From NCBI GenBank assembly GCA_965552055.1, contig CBEVQO010000002.1:128001-192000 (forward strand): a stretch of 64,000 nucleotides of DNA, written 5' to 3'. The translations under genes and the position numbers were made by a program. This DNA is from an uncultured bacterium (GTDB lineage Bacteria > Hydrothermota > UBA3073 > NMUJ01 > CBEVQO01). Positions 9,498-18,875 of the stretch are shown piece by piece; within the stretch, counting starts at the first letter, position 1; every line of letters starts with the position of its first letter. The notes under the pieces were generated by a model. The model was not told where the DNA came from, ran no database searches, and worked only from the letters and a program-made list of their open reading frames with translations.

Positions 9498-9524
9498 TTG
9501 ACAAAAATTAAAATTGAATAAAAT
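9498..9524 (+). promoter_or_regulatory. sigma70-like promoter of mnmG, leaderless
   Basis: TTGACA-N15-TAAAAT-N5-ATG. Confidence 0.75.
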
Positions 9525-9529
9525 AAAGT

Positions 9530-11392
9530 ATGGTGTATCCCGAAAAATTTGATGTCATCGTTGTTGGTGGTGGGCATGCTGGATGCGAAGCTGCCCTTGC
9601 CTGTGCACGAATGGGACTTAAAACTCTTTTACTCACCTTAAATCTTGATACAATCGGTCAAATGAGCTGTAATCCTTCTGTTGGTGGCATTGGCAAAAGT
9701 CATCTTGTTTTTGAAGTTGATGCACTTGGTGGAGAAATCGGTTTTAACACCGACAAAACAGGTATTGGCTTTAAAATGCTGAATACAAGTAAGGGACCTG
9801 CTGTCTGGGCTCTGAGAGCTCAGGTTGACCGCAAGCGATATAGAGAAGAGATGCAAAAGCAAATATTTAATCAAAAAAATTTAAAGGTAAAACAGGTGCA
9901 TGTTGGTGAAATTTTGTTAGAACCCAATGGAAAAAGGGTTAAAGGTGTGAAATCTGAATCTGGTATGGAATATCATTGCGATGCAGTTATTCTTACTACA
10001 GGTACTTTTTTGAACGGCACAATACATATTGGGTTGAAGCATTTTTCAGCAGGTAGATTGGGAGAGCCACCTGCAACGGAGCTTGCAAAATGTCTCGTAG
10101 AACTTGGCTTTAAACTGGGAAGGTTGAAAACAGGAACTTCTCCCCGTGTTGACGGAAGAACAATTGACTTTTCAAAACTTCAGCGTCATCCCCAGGATGA
10201 AGCCAAATGGCATTTCTCACACAGGACAAAAGAATTTTCACCACCAAAAGTTGACTGCTGGATGACACATACAACACCAGAAACCCACGAAATTATACTG
10301 AAAAATCTGGATAGGTCCCCCCTATATACCGGTAAAATAACGGGAACAGGTGTTAGATACTGTCCATCACTCGAAGATAAAGTTGTGAAATTTAGAGATA
10401 AAGCACATCATCAGGTAATTATAGAGCCAGATGGTCTCGACACTCATGAATATTATCTAAATGGTGTATCTACTTCTCTACCCGAAGATGTACAGATTCA
10501 GTATTTGAGGACGATACCAGGGCTCGAAAAGGTTGAAGTAATAAGACCCGGATACGGAATTGAATATGATTTTGTTTTCCCTTCACAAATCTATCCAACT
10601 ATGGAGACAAAAAAGATAGAAAATCTATATTTTGCAGGTCAAATAAATGGCACAACGGGTTATGAAGAAGCTGCTGCTCAGGGCATAATCGCTGGCATAA
10701 ATGCGGCTCTCAAACTAAAAGGCAAACCCCCATTTATACCCAAAAGGTCAGAAAGTTATCTTGGAGTTTTGATTGATGACCTGACAACAAAAGAGATAAC
10801 AGAACCTTACAGGATGTTTACAACCCGTGCAGAATATCGCCTTATTTTACGACAGGACAACGCAGATGAAAGATTGATGAAATACGGAGTGGAATTTGGA
10901 CTCGTATCGCCGGAAGAATACGAAAAAGTATTGAAAAGAAAAGAAAGAGTGCAGAAGAAAATTTTTGATTTGAAAACAAAAAAAGTATCACCCGAAGAAA
11001 TAAACCCGATTCTGGAGAAAAAAGGAAGTTCTAAAATAAAGGTAAAAACATCCCTCTACGATATTTTGAAGCGTCCAGAAATCAAATATGATGATATAAA
11101 AGAATTTGCAGGAGATTTGCCCGATAAAGAACGCTTACAGGTTGAAACCGAAATAAAATATGAAGGATATATTGAGAAGATGAAAAGAGATGCAAAAAGA
11201 ATGGAAGAATATGAAAATAAAATTATACCCGATTGGATAGATTACGATAAGATACAGAATTTATCATTTGAAGCCCGTGAGAAGTTGAAGAAATTGCGTC
11301 CAATGACACTTGGTCAGGCATCACGCATAGACGGTGTAACACCAGCAGATATCTTCGCAATACTCGTAGAAATGAAGAAAAATCAAAGATGA
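9530..11392 (+). CDS. mnmG: tRNA uridine 5-carboxymethylaminomethyl modification enzyme
   Basis: GGGHAGCEAA, MSCNPSVGG, RYCPSLEDK, GQINGTTGYEEAAAQG. Confidence 0.97.
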   Translation: MVYPEKFDVIVVGGGHAGCEAALACARMGLKTLLLTLNLDTIGQMSCNPSVGGIGKSHLVFEVDALGGEIGFNTDKTGIGFKMLNTSKGPAVWALRAQVDRKRYREEMQKQIFNQKNLKVKQVHVGEILLEPNGKRVKGVKSESGMEYHCDAVILTTGTFLNGTIHIGLKHFSAGRLGEPPATELAKCLVELGFKLGRLKTGTSPRVDGRTIDFSKLQRHPQDEAKWHFSHRTKEFSPPKVDCWMTHTTPETHEIILKNLDRSPLYTGKITGTGVRYCPSLEDKVVKFRDKAHHQVIIEPDGLDTHEYYLNGVSTSLPEDVQIQYLRTIPGLEKVEVIRPGYGIEYDFVFPSQIYPTMETKKIENLYFAGQINGTTGYEEAAAQGIIAGINAALKLKGKPPFIPKRSESYLGVLIDDLTTKEITEPYRMFTTRAEYRLILRQDNADERLMKYGVEFGLVSPEEYEKVLKRKERVQKKIFDLKTKKVSPEEINPILEKKGSSKIKVKTSLYDILKRPEIKYDDIKEFAGDLPDKERLQVETEIKYEGYIEKMKRDAKRMEEYENKIIPDWIDYDKIQNLSFEAREKLKKLRPMTLGQASRIDGVTPADIFAILVEMKKNQR

Positions 11393-12010
11393 AAAAAATA
11401 TATATTTTTGTTATCGCATCGCTAATTGTAATAACATGCAAAAAGAATAACAAATTATTGAATTTAAAGAAATAGGAAACTGGGCTTATCAATTGCAGAA
11501 TGCAAATCCTGATGAAATAGATTATTCAAGAGATGGGACAAATGAAAAAAGGTATAAGATAGAAGCGGAGGATTATAGATTTTACTGGAAAAGTGAGTGG
11601 GATAGTGTTCCACCCGACTGGCTTGGCGAAGAAAACCCTGAATGGCATGGAAATTATGCAGTAAAATACTGGTATAAAGAGTGGAAAGATATAATTTTTC
11701 AATATCTTGATACTGTAATCTCACAGGGCTTTATGGGTGTTTATCTTGATAAAATTGATGATAAAATTTGTAATGGAAATTGCAGAGTATTGCAGACAAA
11801 AGGGTGAAAACTTTTATATAATTCACAAAATGGAGAAAACATCCTTGAATATGATGATGTAAGTTATCATGTGACTATGTTGATGATGGTACGGGATACT
11901 GTGGCAGGAATAAATATAGAATTGAGGATTATATAAATAAGGCAAAAAAGTATGGTTTTATACCTTATTGTGCGAGAGCAGACCGTGAATTCCTTTCTGA
12001 CAAGCAATAA
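11389..12010 (+). pseudogene. degraded MJ1477/TM1410-family (GH114-like) glycoside hydrolase lipoprotein
   Basis: Family motifs spread over several frames: MKKIYIFV..ITC, NWAYQLQNA, EAEDYRFYW, ENPEWHGNYAVKYW, GVYLDKID, QNGENILEYD, DYVDDGTG, GFIPY; frameshifts and internal deletions. Confidence 0.75.
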
Positions 12011-12013
12011 AAT

Positions 12014-13684
12014 TCATTTTACCTTTATTATCTTTTTCATAGTAGAAAGGTGTTTCAATTTTATTCTGATAAAATATACTCCCGAAGAAATATTCAAAGA
12101 AACTCTGTGTCCTCTTTTTCCGTGCGTCAATGTAAAACATTTTATCAATCTACCATTTATGTCGAAAATCTGCAAACTCGCATCGTAACTTAGTATTTCG
12201 GGAAATATTATTTTTAACTCATTTGAAGATGTTAATAGTGTCGGATAAATTTCAATTTTCGTTTTTTCTTTTCTTTCTTTTATTGCTTCTGGATGATATT
12301 CATATGCTCCTATATCAATTGCGTTCCCATAGGGTCTTTCATTATATTCAAGGTCAACATCGGGTGCACCTTCTGCTGTACCTGCATCTATTGCAGGACT
12401 CCCCTCTTTTAAATGGAAATCGCCTTCTGTTCCCCATGCAGGACGAACAAAAAGAGGGTCACCATAAATATTGCCTTCTCCCAAAGCAAAAATACTATCG
12501 GAAGTATATTCCCTGCCATTCGCATAAACCTGTACATCTTCGTTTATATAAAATAGATTGTGGTCAGCAGTTAAATTCACAGCATTGCCAAAATAAACCC
12601 TTCTTCCGCCCGATATAATTGTATTGCGTAAAAGAACATTTATAGGTGCATTTGCAGAATACTGGAAATAAGCGGAGTAATGATTGCGAGATGGCACATC
12701 GTATGCCGTTATATTTATAAATTCAAAATAACCATTTGTATCTTCCGATTCAACAACAATTAATGACCATGGCGTAGGTGTAGTATCTCTATCTCCTGTA
12801 CCGTAAATAAGTACATTAACTGCTTTGCTTGAATCGCCCCATAATTTCAATCCATCAGCCCAGTTATTTGCAATAATACAATTATGAACGAAAGTACGAC
12901 GAGATTTTGAATCGATTCCATCTCCTCTATTGTGCTCCGAAATAACATTGTATATTTCGAGCGGACCTTCAGAAGGCTCCATACCTATTCCATCAGGTCT
13001 ATCATAAGGTGAAATCGTATCCCGTCCCATATAAAAATATCCTGCATATCCCAGATAAGTATTATCAATTATGACATTACGCCAGCCATAAGATGTTCCA
13101 GCAGGAGCAGAAATGGCACTCATACCCGTATGATGAATAGAGCATCCAGATACTCTAACATCTTCAATATCTCCTGCGAAATTTATACCGCATTCTTCAA
13201 GATGGTGCATTACTACATTTTCTATGATAATGTGTGAAACAAAAGCACCTGCACCGGCTGCACCGCCTGCCTCTATCCCTTCACGCATACCACCAGAATA
13301 AGGTGTATCAATATAACTGGTTAATTCGAGATTCGCAATTTTTACATAACTGAGATTCGAAATATCTATCGCAGAAAGTAAACTTCCTTTACCTGCGAGA
13401 ACAGGCAAACTATCTCCATATCCCATTATCACAGTATAAGCGGTTTGTGTACCTGATGGAGGTGTTATCATATCATCGTAATAAGTTGATAAAACATAGG
13501 TTCCGGGTAACATTATCAGAGTATCGCCAGGAGAAATTTGTTTTGAGCCATAACCCGGTGTAGCCCATGGATGCTCGTAAGTGCCCGGATTCGTATCATT
13601 GCCCGAAGGCGAAACATAGTATGTAGTGGCATATAACTCGTCTAGAAAAAATATAACCCCTATAAAAATAAAAAGACGCATCAT
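12014..13684 (-). CDS. secreted parallel beta-helix protein with choice-of-anchor Q-like region and T9SS-type C-terminal sorting domain
   Basis: YYVSPSGNDTNPGT, DFHLKEGSPAIDAG, DIGAYE, IFDINGRLI...SGVYFI; start set by AAGGAGG RBS. Confidence 0.8.
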   Translation of the reverse strand: MMRLFIFIGVIFFLDELYATTYYVSPSGNDTNPGTYEHPWATPGYGSKQISPGDTLIMLPGTYVLSTYYDDMITPPSGTQTAYTVIMGYGDSLPVLAGKGSLLSAIDISNLSYVKIANLELTSYIDTPYSGGMREGIEAGGAAGAGAFVSHIIIENVVMHHLEECGINFAGDIEDVRVSGCSIHHTGMSAISAPAGTSYGWRNVIIDNTYLGYAGYFYMGRDTISPYDRPDGIGMEPSEGPLEIYNVISEHNRGDGIDSKSRRTFVHNCIIANNWADGLKLWGDSSKAVNVLIYGTGDRDTTPTPWSLIVVESEDTNGYFEFINITAYDVPSRNHYSAYFQYSANAPINVLLRNTIISGGRRVYFGNAVNLTADHNLFYINEDVQVYANGREYTSDSIFALGEGNIYGDPLFVRPAWGTEGDFHLKEGSPAIDAGTAEGAPDVDLEYNERPYGNAIDIGAYEYHPEAIKERKEKTKIEIYPTLLTSSNELKIIFPEILSYDASLQIFDINGRLIKCFTLTHGKRGHRVSLNISSGVYFIRIKLKHLSTMKKIIKVK

Positions 13685-13697
13685 ACCCTCCTTACCA

Positions 13698-13724
13698 ATT
13701 ATAAACATTTCACAAGGGTGTCAA
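13698..13724 (-). promoter_or_regulatory. sigma70-like promoter
   Basis: TTGACA-N15-TATAAT followed by a short SD-containing leader. Confidence 0.7.
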
Positions 13725-13861
13725 TTAAAAATTAAACCGGAATCTCAATTCTCCTTAATTCATAAGTGCAAATGCTTCGATAGCAAGTAATGCAGATAAA
13801 TATCTTTTGCATTATTAAAATACTTCTTTGACATCTCAATCGCAAAATGTCAAGTTAAAAC

Positions 13862-13888
13862 TTGACAGAGCAACAAATTGATTAAAAT
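13862..13888 (+). promoter_or_regulatory. sigma70-like promoter of glyQ, leaderless
   Basis: TTGACA-N15-TAAAAT-N5-ATG. Confidence 0.75.
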
Positions 13889-13893
13889 AAGAG

Positions 13894-14751
13894 ATGACTT
13901 TTCAGGATGTAGTTTTGAAGTTATCGGATTACTGGAGAAAGAAAGGTTGTCTCATCACCCAGCCCTATCCCACAGAGACAGGTGCTTTAACTTTTGACCC
14001 CTTTACCTTTTTCAAAGTGCTCGATAAGGAACCATGGCGGGTGGCATATTACGGAATATCAAAGCGTCCAAAAGATGGAAGATACGCAGAAAATCCCAAT
14101 CGCTTACAGCAATTTTATCAATATCAGGTTATTTTAAAACCACCACCGGATGATGTGCAAGAATTGTATCTTAAAAGTTTAGAACATATTGGAATTAACT
14201 TGAAAGAGCATGATGTTAGATTTGTTGAAGATGACTGGGAATCCGAAGCACTTGGAGCACGAGGACTCGGCTGGGAAGTATGGCTCGATGGCCTTGAAAT
14301 CACGCAATTTACCTATTTTCAGGAAGTAGCAGGATTCAAATTAAATCCACCTTCTGTGGAATTAACTTATGGACTTGAAAGAATTTGCATGTTTTTACAG
14401 AAAAAGGACAATGTATTTGAGATAGAATGGGGAGCAGGAATAAAATATGGCGAACTTTTTAAAAAATCGGAATATGAATTTTGTAGATTTAACTATGACG
14501 ATGCAAATGTTGAATTATACAGAAAGTTATTTGACGATTTTGAAAAAGAAGCTATAAGATTTTTAACAGAATTAAAGTTACTGGCACCTGGATACGATTA
14601 TGTAATGAAGTGTTCCCACATTTTAAACATTCTTGATGCAAGAAGGGCAATAGGTCCTGAGGAGCGTAAAACATACATTGCTCGTGTAAGAAAACTTGCG
14701 CATCTTGCAGCAAAATTATATCTTGAGCAAAAATACGGGGAGGTGAAATGA
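13894..14751 (+). CDS. glyQ: glycine--tRNA ligase alpha subunit
   Basis: DGRYAENPNRLQ, FVEDDWE, GLGWEVWLDGLEITQFTYFQ, ELTYGLER. Confidence 0.97.
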   Translation: MTFQDVVLKLSDYWRKKGCLITQPYPTETGALTFDPFTFFKVLDKEPWRVAYYGISKRPKDGRYAENPNRLQQFYQYQVILKPPPDDVQELYLKSLEHIGINLKEHDVRFVEDDWESEALGARGLGWEVWLDGLEITQFTYFQEVAGFKLNPPSVELTYGLERICMFLQKKDNVFEIEWGAGIKYGELFKKSEYEFCRFNYDDANVELYRKLFDDFEKEAIRFLTELKLLAPGYDYVMKCSHILNILDARRAIGPEERKTYIARVRKLAHLAAKLYLEQKYGEVK

Positions 14752-16904
14752 TTCTTTGCTTATTTTTAAGCATTTTTTATGGATACGGTAGTGCGAGTTC
14801 ACTTGGGGCATACGGCGTTATAGCAAATCCCGCTGGAATGAAAATAAGAACAGAATACGGAAGCTTCTCAATCTTGCGGTATCCAATGCTTACATCTGTA
14901 ACATATCTCGGGGATATCGGATTTTGCACAATATCTGACACTCTCACAAAAATAAAATTACTTCCTGAAAATTACATCATCAGTATTGCACCTTTATCTC
15001 TTCAAAAAGGCGAATTAACGCTCTTCGGAGGTTATTCTTTCATAAAGAAAAAAGATAAAAAATTTCATAGAATAGGATTTCTTTTGCCACTTTCTGACAA
15101 AATATTTCTGGGCTCACATTTCACATATAGTGATGATAAATTGAATTATGAAGCAGGAATTTTCGCAAGACCTTTAAAATTTGTGGATATAAAAGTAGAT
15201 GTTATAAAAGACACATCTTTAGAATATAATTTGGGAGCACTTTTTAAAATTCAGAATTTCGAATTCTGGGGAGACTATCTTTTAAATGTGAAAAGATATA
15301 GAGCAGGTTTTCTTTTCAAATACAAGAGACTTGGATTTGGTGTTTTTTATGACAAAGGTATCTCTTTTGAATTGTGCTTTCTGAAAAGAAGCGTACCTCT
15401 GGCTTTCTTGAAAAAGAAAAGAATTGCAGAAGTTGTTGTCAAAGGAAGTTATCCCGAGATTAAAATTAAGGGCGATTTGATGTTCGGCTTCAAACCTGTC
15501 CCCTATTTTTATAATTTCCTATCAAAAATTCATAAACTCTCAAAGATAAAAGGCATAAAAGCGGTCTTATTTAATCTAAAAGATTTTAATATGTCCTATG
15601 CACAGGTTGAAGAAGTAAGAGAAGAAATTATGAAATTGAAGAAAAAAGGAGTTAAGATTATCTTTTACTCACCCCATTATGGTCCTCTTTCCTATTATCT
15701 TGCAAGTTGTGGTGATTATGTGATAATATCTCCCATGGGCGAAATTTATCTCGGTGGATTAGCGGTTTATTCTGTGCATTTTAAGAAAACATTAGACAAA
15801 CTCGATATCGAAGTTGATACTTTTCGGGTAGGGAAATACAAATCCGCAATAGAGGCATTTGCAAGGGATAAGATGTCGGATGAAGATAGAGAACAAACCA
15901 TGACTTTTTTAAAAGACTTATGGAAAGAAATATCATCAAAAATATGCGAGAGATTAAAAATTACTGAAGATTCTCTTATGAAAATTGTGAATGAAAAAAT
16001 CATTTTGAATGACAGAGAAGCCGTTTCACTGGGATTTTGTGATACTTTTCTTTATGAATGGGAAGTTAAAAATTTTGTAAAGAAAAAAATTGGTAGATAT
16101 AAAATAACTCCGATTGATAAAATTCTATCTGATTTTTCTTCTGAAAAATCATTTTTTGCACCCAAGATTGCTGTTGTGATTGCAGAAGGTAACATAATCC
16201 TTGGCGAAAGTAATTATTCGCAACATTTTTTATTTGGCGAACAGAAACTGATAGGTTCAGAAACCATGAAAAAGATTTTTTCACAGATAGAGCGCGATAA
16301 AAGGATTAAGGGAGTTGTTTTCAGGGTAAATTCCGGAGGAGGTGATGCTCTTGCATCGGAAATTATTGCAAAATCACTGGAGAAATGCAGAAAAAAGAAA
16401 CCAGTAGTTGTATCAATGGGCGAAATGGCAGCTTCTGGTGGATATTACATATCATGCCTATCAGATAAAATTTATGCCGATAAAATGACGCTAACAGGGT
16501 CAATAGGTGTACTTTCTTTAAAACTCATACTCAAAGGTTTATATGATAAACTTGGCATCACCTTTGACACATTAAAAATCGGAGAACATGCTTTGATGTG
16601 GTCGGATTTAAGAAAAATGAATGAAAAAGAAAGAAAAAGGGTAAAAGAACTAATTAAATGGTTTTATGATAAATTTATAGAAAGAGTATCAGAAGGCAGG
16701 GGCTTATCAAAATCATATGTTGATTCGATTGCCCAGGGAAGAATCTGGTCAGGACTCTCTGCTCTTAACCTAAAATTAATCGACAAAAATGGAAATATTT
16801 TTGATGCAATTGAAGAAGTTAAAAATCTGGCAAAAGTAAAAAAGCCAGAAATTGAAGTTATTATTTTACCGAAAAAGAAGAAAAGAAAATTATTACCATT
16901 TTAA
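14748..16904 (+). CDS. sppA: signal peptide peptidase SppA (two S49 domains) with beta-rich N-terminal extension
   Basis: GKYKSAIE, RVNSGGG, SMGEMAASGGYY, TGSIGV, AQGRIWSG. Confidence 0.9.
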   Translation: MILCLFLSIFYGYGSASSLGAYGVIANPAGMKIRTEYGSFSILRYPMLTSVTYLGDIGFCTISDTLTKIKLLPENYIISIAPLSLQKGELTLFGGYSFIKKKDKKFHRIGFLLPLSDKIFLGSHFTYSDDKLNYEAGIFARPLKFVDIKVDVIKDTSLEYNLGALFKIQNFEFWGDYLLNVKRYRAGFLFKYKRLGFGVFYDKGISFELCFLKRSVPLAFLKKKRIAEVVVKGSYPEIKIKGDLMFGFKPVPYFYNFLSKIHKLSKIKGIKAVLFNLKDFNMSYAQVEEVREEIMKLKKKGVKIIFYSPHYGPLSYYLASCGDYVIISPMGEIYLGGLAVYSVHFKKTLDKLDIEVDTFRVGKYKSAIEAFARDKMSDEDREQTMTFLKDLWKEISSKICERLKITEDSLMKIVNEKIILNDREAVSLGFCDTFLYEWEVKNFVKKKIGRYKITPIDKILSDFSSEKSFFAPKIAVVIAEGNIILGESNYSQHFLFGEQKLIGSETMKKIFSQIERDKRIKGVVFRVNSGGGDALASEIIAKSLEKCRKKKPVVVSMGEMAASGGYYISCLSDKIYADKMTLTGSIGVLSLKLILKGLYDKLGITFDTLKIGEHALMWSDLRKMNEKERKRVKELIKWFYDKFIERVSEGRGLSKSYVDSIAQGRIWSGLSALNLKLIDKNGNIFDAIEEVKNLAKVKKPEIEVIILPKKKKRKLLPF

Positions 16905-16907
16905 ATT

Positions 16908-17861
16908 ATGAGAGCTTTATCTCTTTTTTCTGGGGGACTTGATAGTTTACTTGCTACCAGATTGATTCAAGAACAGGGTATAGAGGTCATCGGTGTATTT
17001 TTCAGGACACCCTTTTTAGCGGTTGGCACAGAAAACAAAGTTAAGAAAATGGCAAAGATGGTTGGAATTCCTCTTTTCGTTGTCTTTTTGGGAAGAGAAT
17101 ATATTGAACTTATAAAAAATCCACCCCATGGTTATGGTGAAAATATGAATCCATGTCTTGACTGTCACGCCATGATGGCGAAAAAAGCAAAAATGCTAAT
17201 GGAAAAACTGGGAGCGAAATTTCTGATAACAGGAGAAGTAGTTGGAGAAAGAGGAAGCCAAACCCGTCCTTATATGCGTTACATTGAGAAATATGCAGGA
17301 TTAAAAGATTTAATTTTAAGACCTCTTTCTGCAAAAATTTTACCCGAAACTATACCGGAAAAAGAAAAATGGGTAAATCGTGAGAAATTATTGGGAATAA
17401 GTGGCAGAAGCAGAAAACCTCAATTTGAACTCGCACAGAAATACGGATTCAAAGATTTTCCAACACCTTCCGGTGGATGCCTTATTACAGACCCGACCTT
17501 CTGCCAAAGATTAAAAGATGCTTTTGAACATGGAGAAGATTCTCTCGAAAGAATAGAATTACTAAAATATGGAAGACATTTCAGATTAAAATCCGGTGCA
17601 AAAGTAGTTGTCGCAAGAAATGATTTTGAATCAAGGAAAATCAAAAGGCTGGCAATTTACGGAGATTATTTGATACAGTGTCACAAAGAAAAAGCACCTC
17701 TCACATTACTTATGGGCGACGAAAATGATTTAGAGGAAGCCATAAAATATTGTATAAAATATTCAAAAATGAAAAAAGGGACTTATACCGTAAGACAGAA
17801 AGGCAAAGGTATTTTATACAGGGCGAATTTTGACACCGAAGTGTCTGAGAGCATCAAGTAA
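16908..17861 (+). CDS. ThiI/MnmA-like PP-loop tRNA thiolation enzyme
   Basis: SGGLDS, NPCLDCH, TGEVVGER, LRPLSA, GGCLITDP. Confidence 0.8.
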   Translation: MRALSLFSGGLDSLLATRLIQEQGIEVIGVFFRTPFLAVGTENKVKKMAKMVGIPLFVVFLGREYIELIKNPPHGYGENMNPCLDCHAMMAKKAKMLMEKLGAKFLITGEVVGERGSQTRPYMRYIEKYAGLKDLILRPLSAKILPETIPEKEKWVNREKLLGISGRSRKPQFELAQKYGFKDFPTPSGGCLITDPTFCQRLKDAFEHGEDSLERIELLKYGRHFRLKSGAKVVVARNDFESRKIKRLAIYGDYLIQCHKEKAPLTLLMGDENDLEEAIKYCIKYSKMKKGTYTVRQKGKGILYRANFDTEVSESIK

Positions 17862-18182
17862 AGAATATTTTATCGTCAAAAAATCAAGCAGTCCCACTTC
17901 TTTTATTATGTCTTCCGCAAGAGAAGATAGATTTATCAGCACAATATCGCCTCCAAGACCCCTTGCCGTCTTGGTAAGATAAATTATCACTCCAAGACCC
18001 TGTGTGGAAATAAATTCCATATCTTTAAGATCAAGTATTATCTTTATCTCTCCTTCTTTTATCCTTTTTTCAAAGTAATCCAGTAACACTTGGGAAGATG
18101 TATCATCAAGAGCAAAATTAATCTTATAAACGGGTATACCCTTTACCTCTTCGTATTCCAGTTTTATTCCTTCTTTTTTCAT
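17814..18182 (-). CDS. STAS-domain anti-sigma factor antagonist 3
   Basis: IILDLKDMEFISTQGLG. Confidence 0.85.
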   Translation of the reverse strand: MKKEGIKLEYEEVKGIPVYKINFALDDTSSQVLLDYFEKRIKEGEIKIILDLKDMEFISTQGLGVIIYLTKTARGLGGDIVLINLSSLAEDIIKEVGLLDFLTIKYSLLDALRHFGVKIRPV

Positions 18183-18526
18183 TTGAATTTCAATAATGCC
18201 TCATCAAGTGTATCAGTTACATTAAGAACGGATAGCAGTTGCACTTCGTTCAATATATCCCAGTTTGGTGAAGACAGTTCACATATCACGAGGTCACCAC
18301 CTCTTTCCCTTGCCATACGAGTAATAGCAACAAGAGCACCCAATCCCTGGGTTGATATAAAATCAACTTTCCTCATGTGAAATACTATTTTGCGCCTGCC
18401 ACTTTTAATTTCTTCTGCCATAAAATCAATTAGAGATTGTGAAGTCATTTCATCAAGAGGTGTCGCAATATAATACACAGATACATCTCCATGCTCTTCA
18501 CGCCAAAATTTGGCAACCTCAGCCAT
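18179..18526 (-). CDS. STAS-domain anti-sigma factor antagonist 2
   Basis: VDFISTQGLGAL...RGGDLVI. Confidence 0.85.
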   Translation of the reverse strand: MAEVAKFWREEHGDVSVYYIATPLDEMTSQSLIDFMAEEIKSGRRKIVFHMRKVDFISTQGLGALVAITRMARERGGDLVICELSSPNWDILNEVQLLSVLNVTDTLDEALLKFK

Positions 18527-18875
18527 TATCCCCCCTTATTATTGAAATTGCTTCTTTAACTGATGAACACATATCAATCACTTCCGGTATGCCCACAGCT
18601 TTTATTATTTCGGAAATTTTTTTGTTTAAATTAGCTATTATAAACCTGCCTCCTTTGTTTTTACAATTAACACTAAGGGTAAATAAAGCAGCTATCCCAT
18701 TGGTAGATATAAAATTTACATCACCCATATCAACGATAAGATTGGGTGACTCTTTCTCAATGTAAGATTTGGCTTCTTCAAAAAATTTGCGAGCATATTC
18801 CTCATCCATATCACCCGATAGATAAAACACACCAACATCATTTACCTTCTCAAATTTGAAATTATCTACGCACAT
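18519..18875 (-). CDS. STAS-domain anti-sigma factor antagonist 1
   Basis: LSGDMD, IVDMGDVNFISTNGIA. Confidence 0.85.
   Translation of the reverse strand: MCVDNFKFEKVNDVGVFYLSGDMDEEYARKFFEEAKSYIEKESPNLIVDMGDVNFISTNGIAALFTLSVNCKNKGGRFIIANLNKKISEIIKAVGIPEVIDMCSSVKEAISIIRGDNG

Noticed and set aside
13894..14751. glyQ without adjacent glyS
   Set aside because: Split glyQ/glyS is common; cannot be judged from one window
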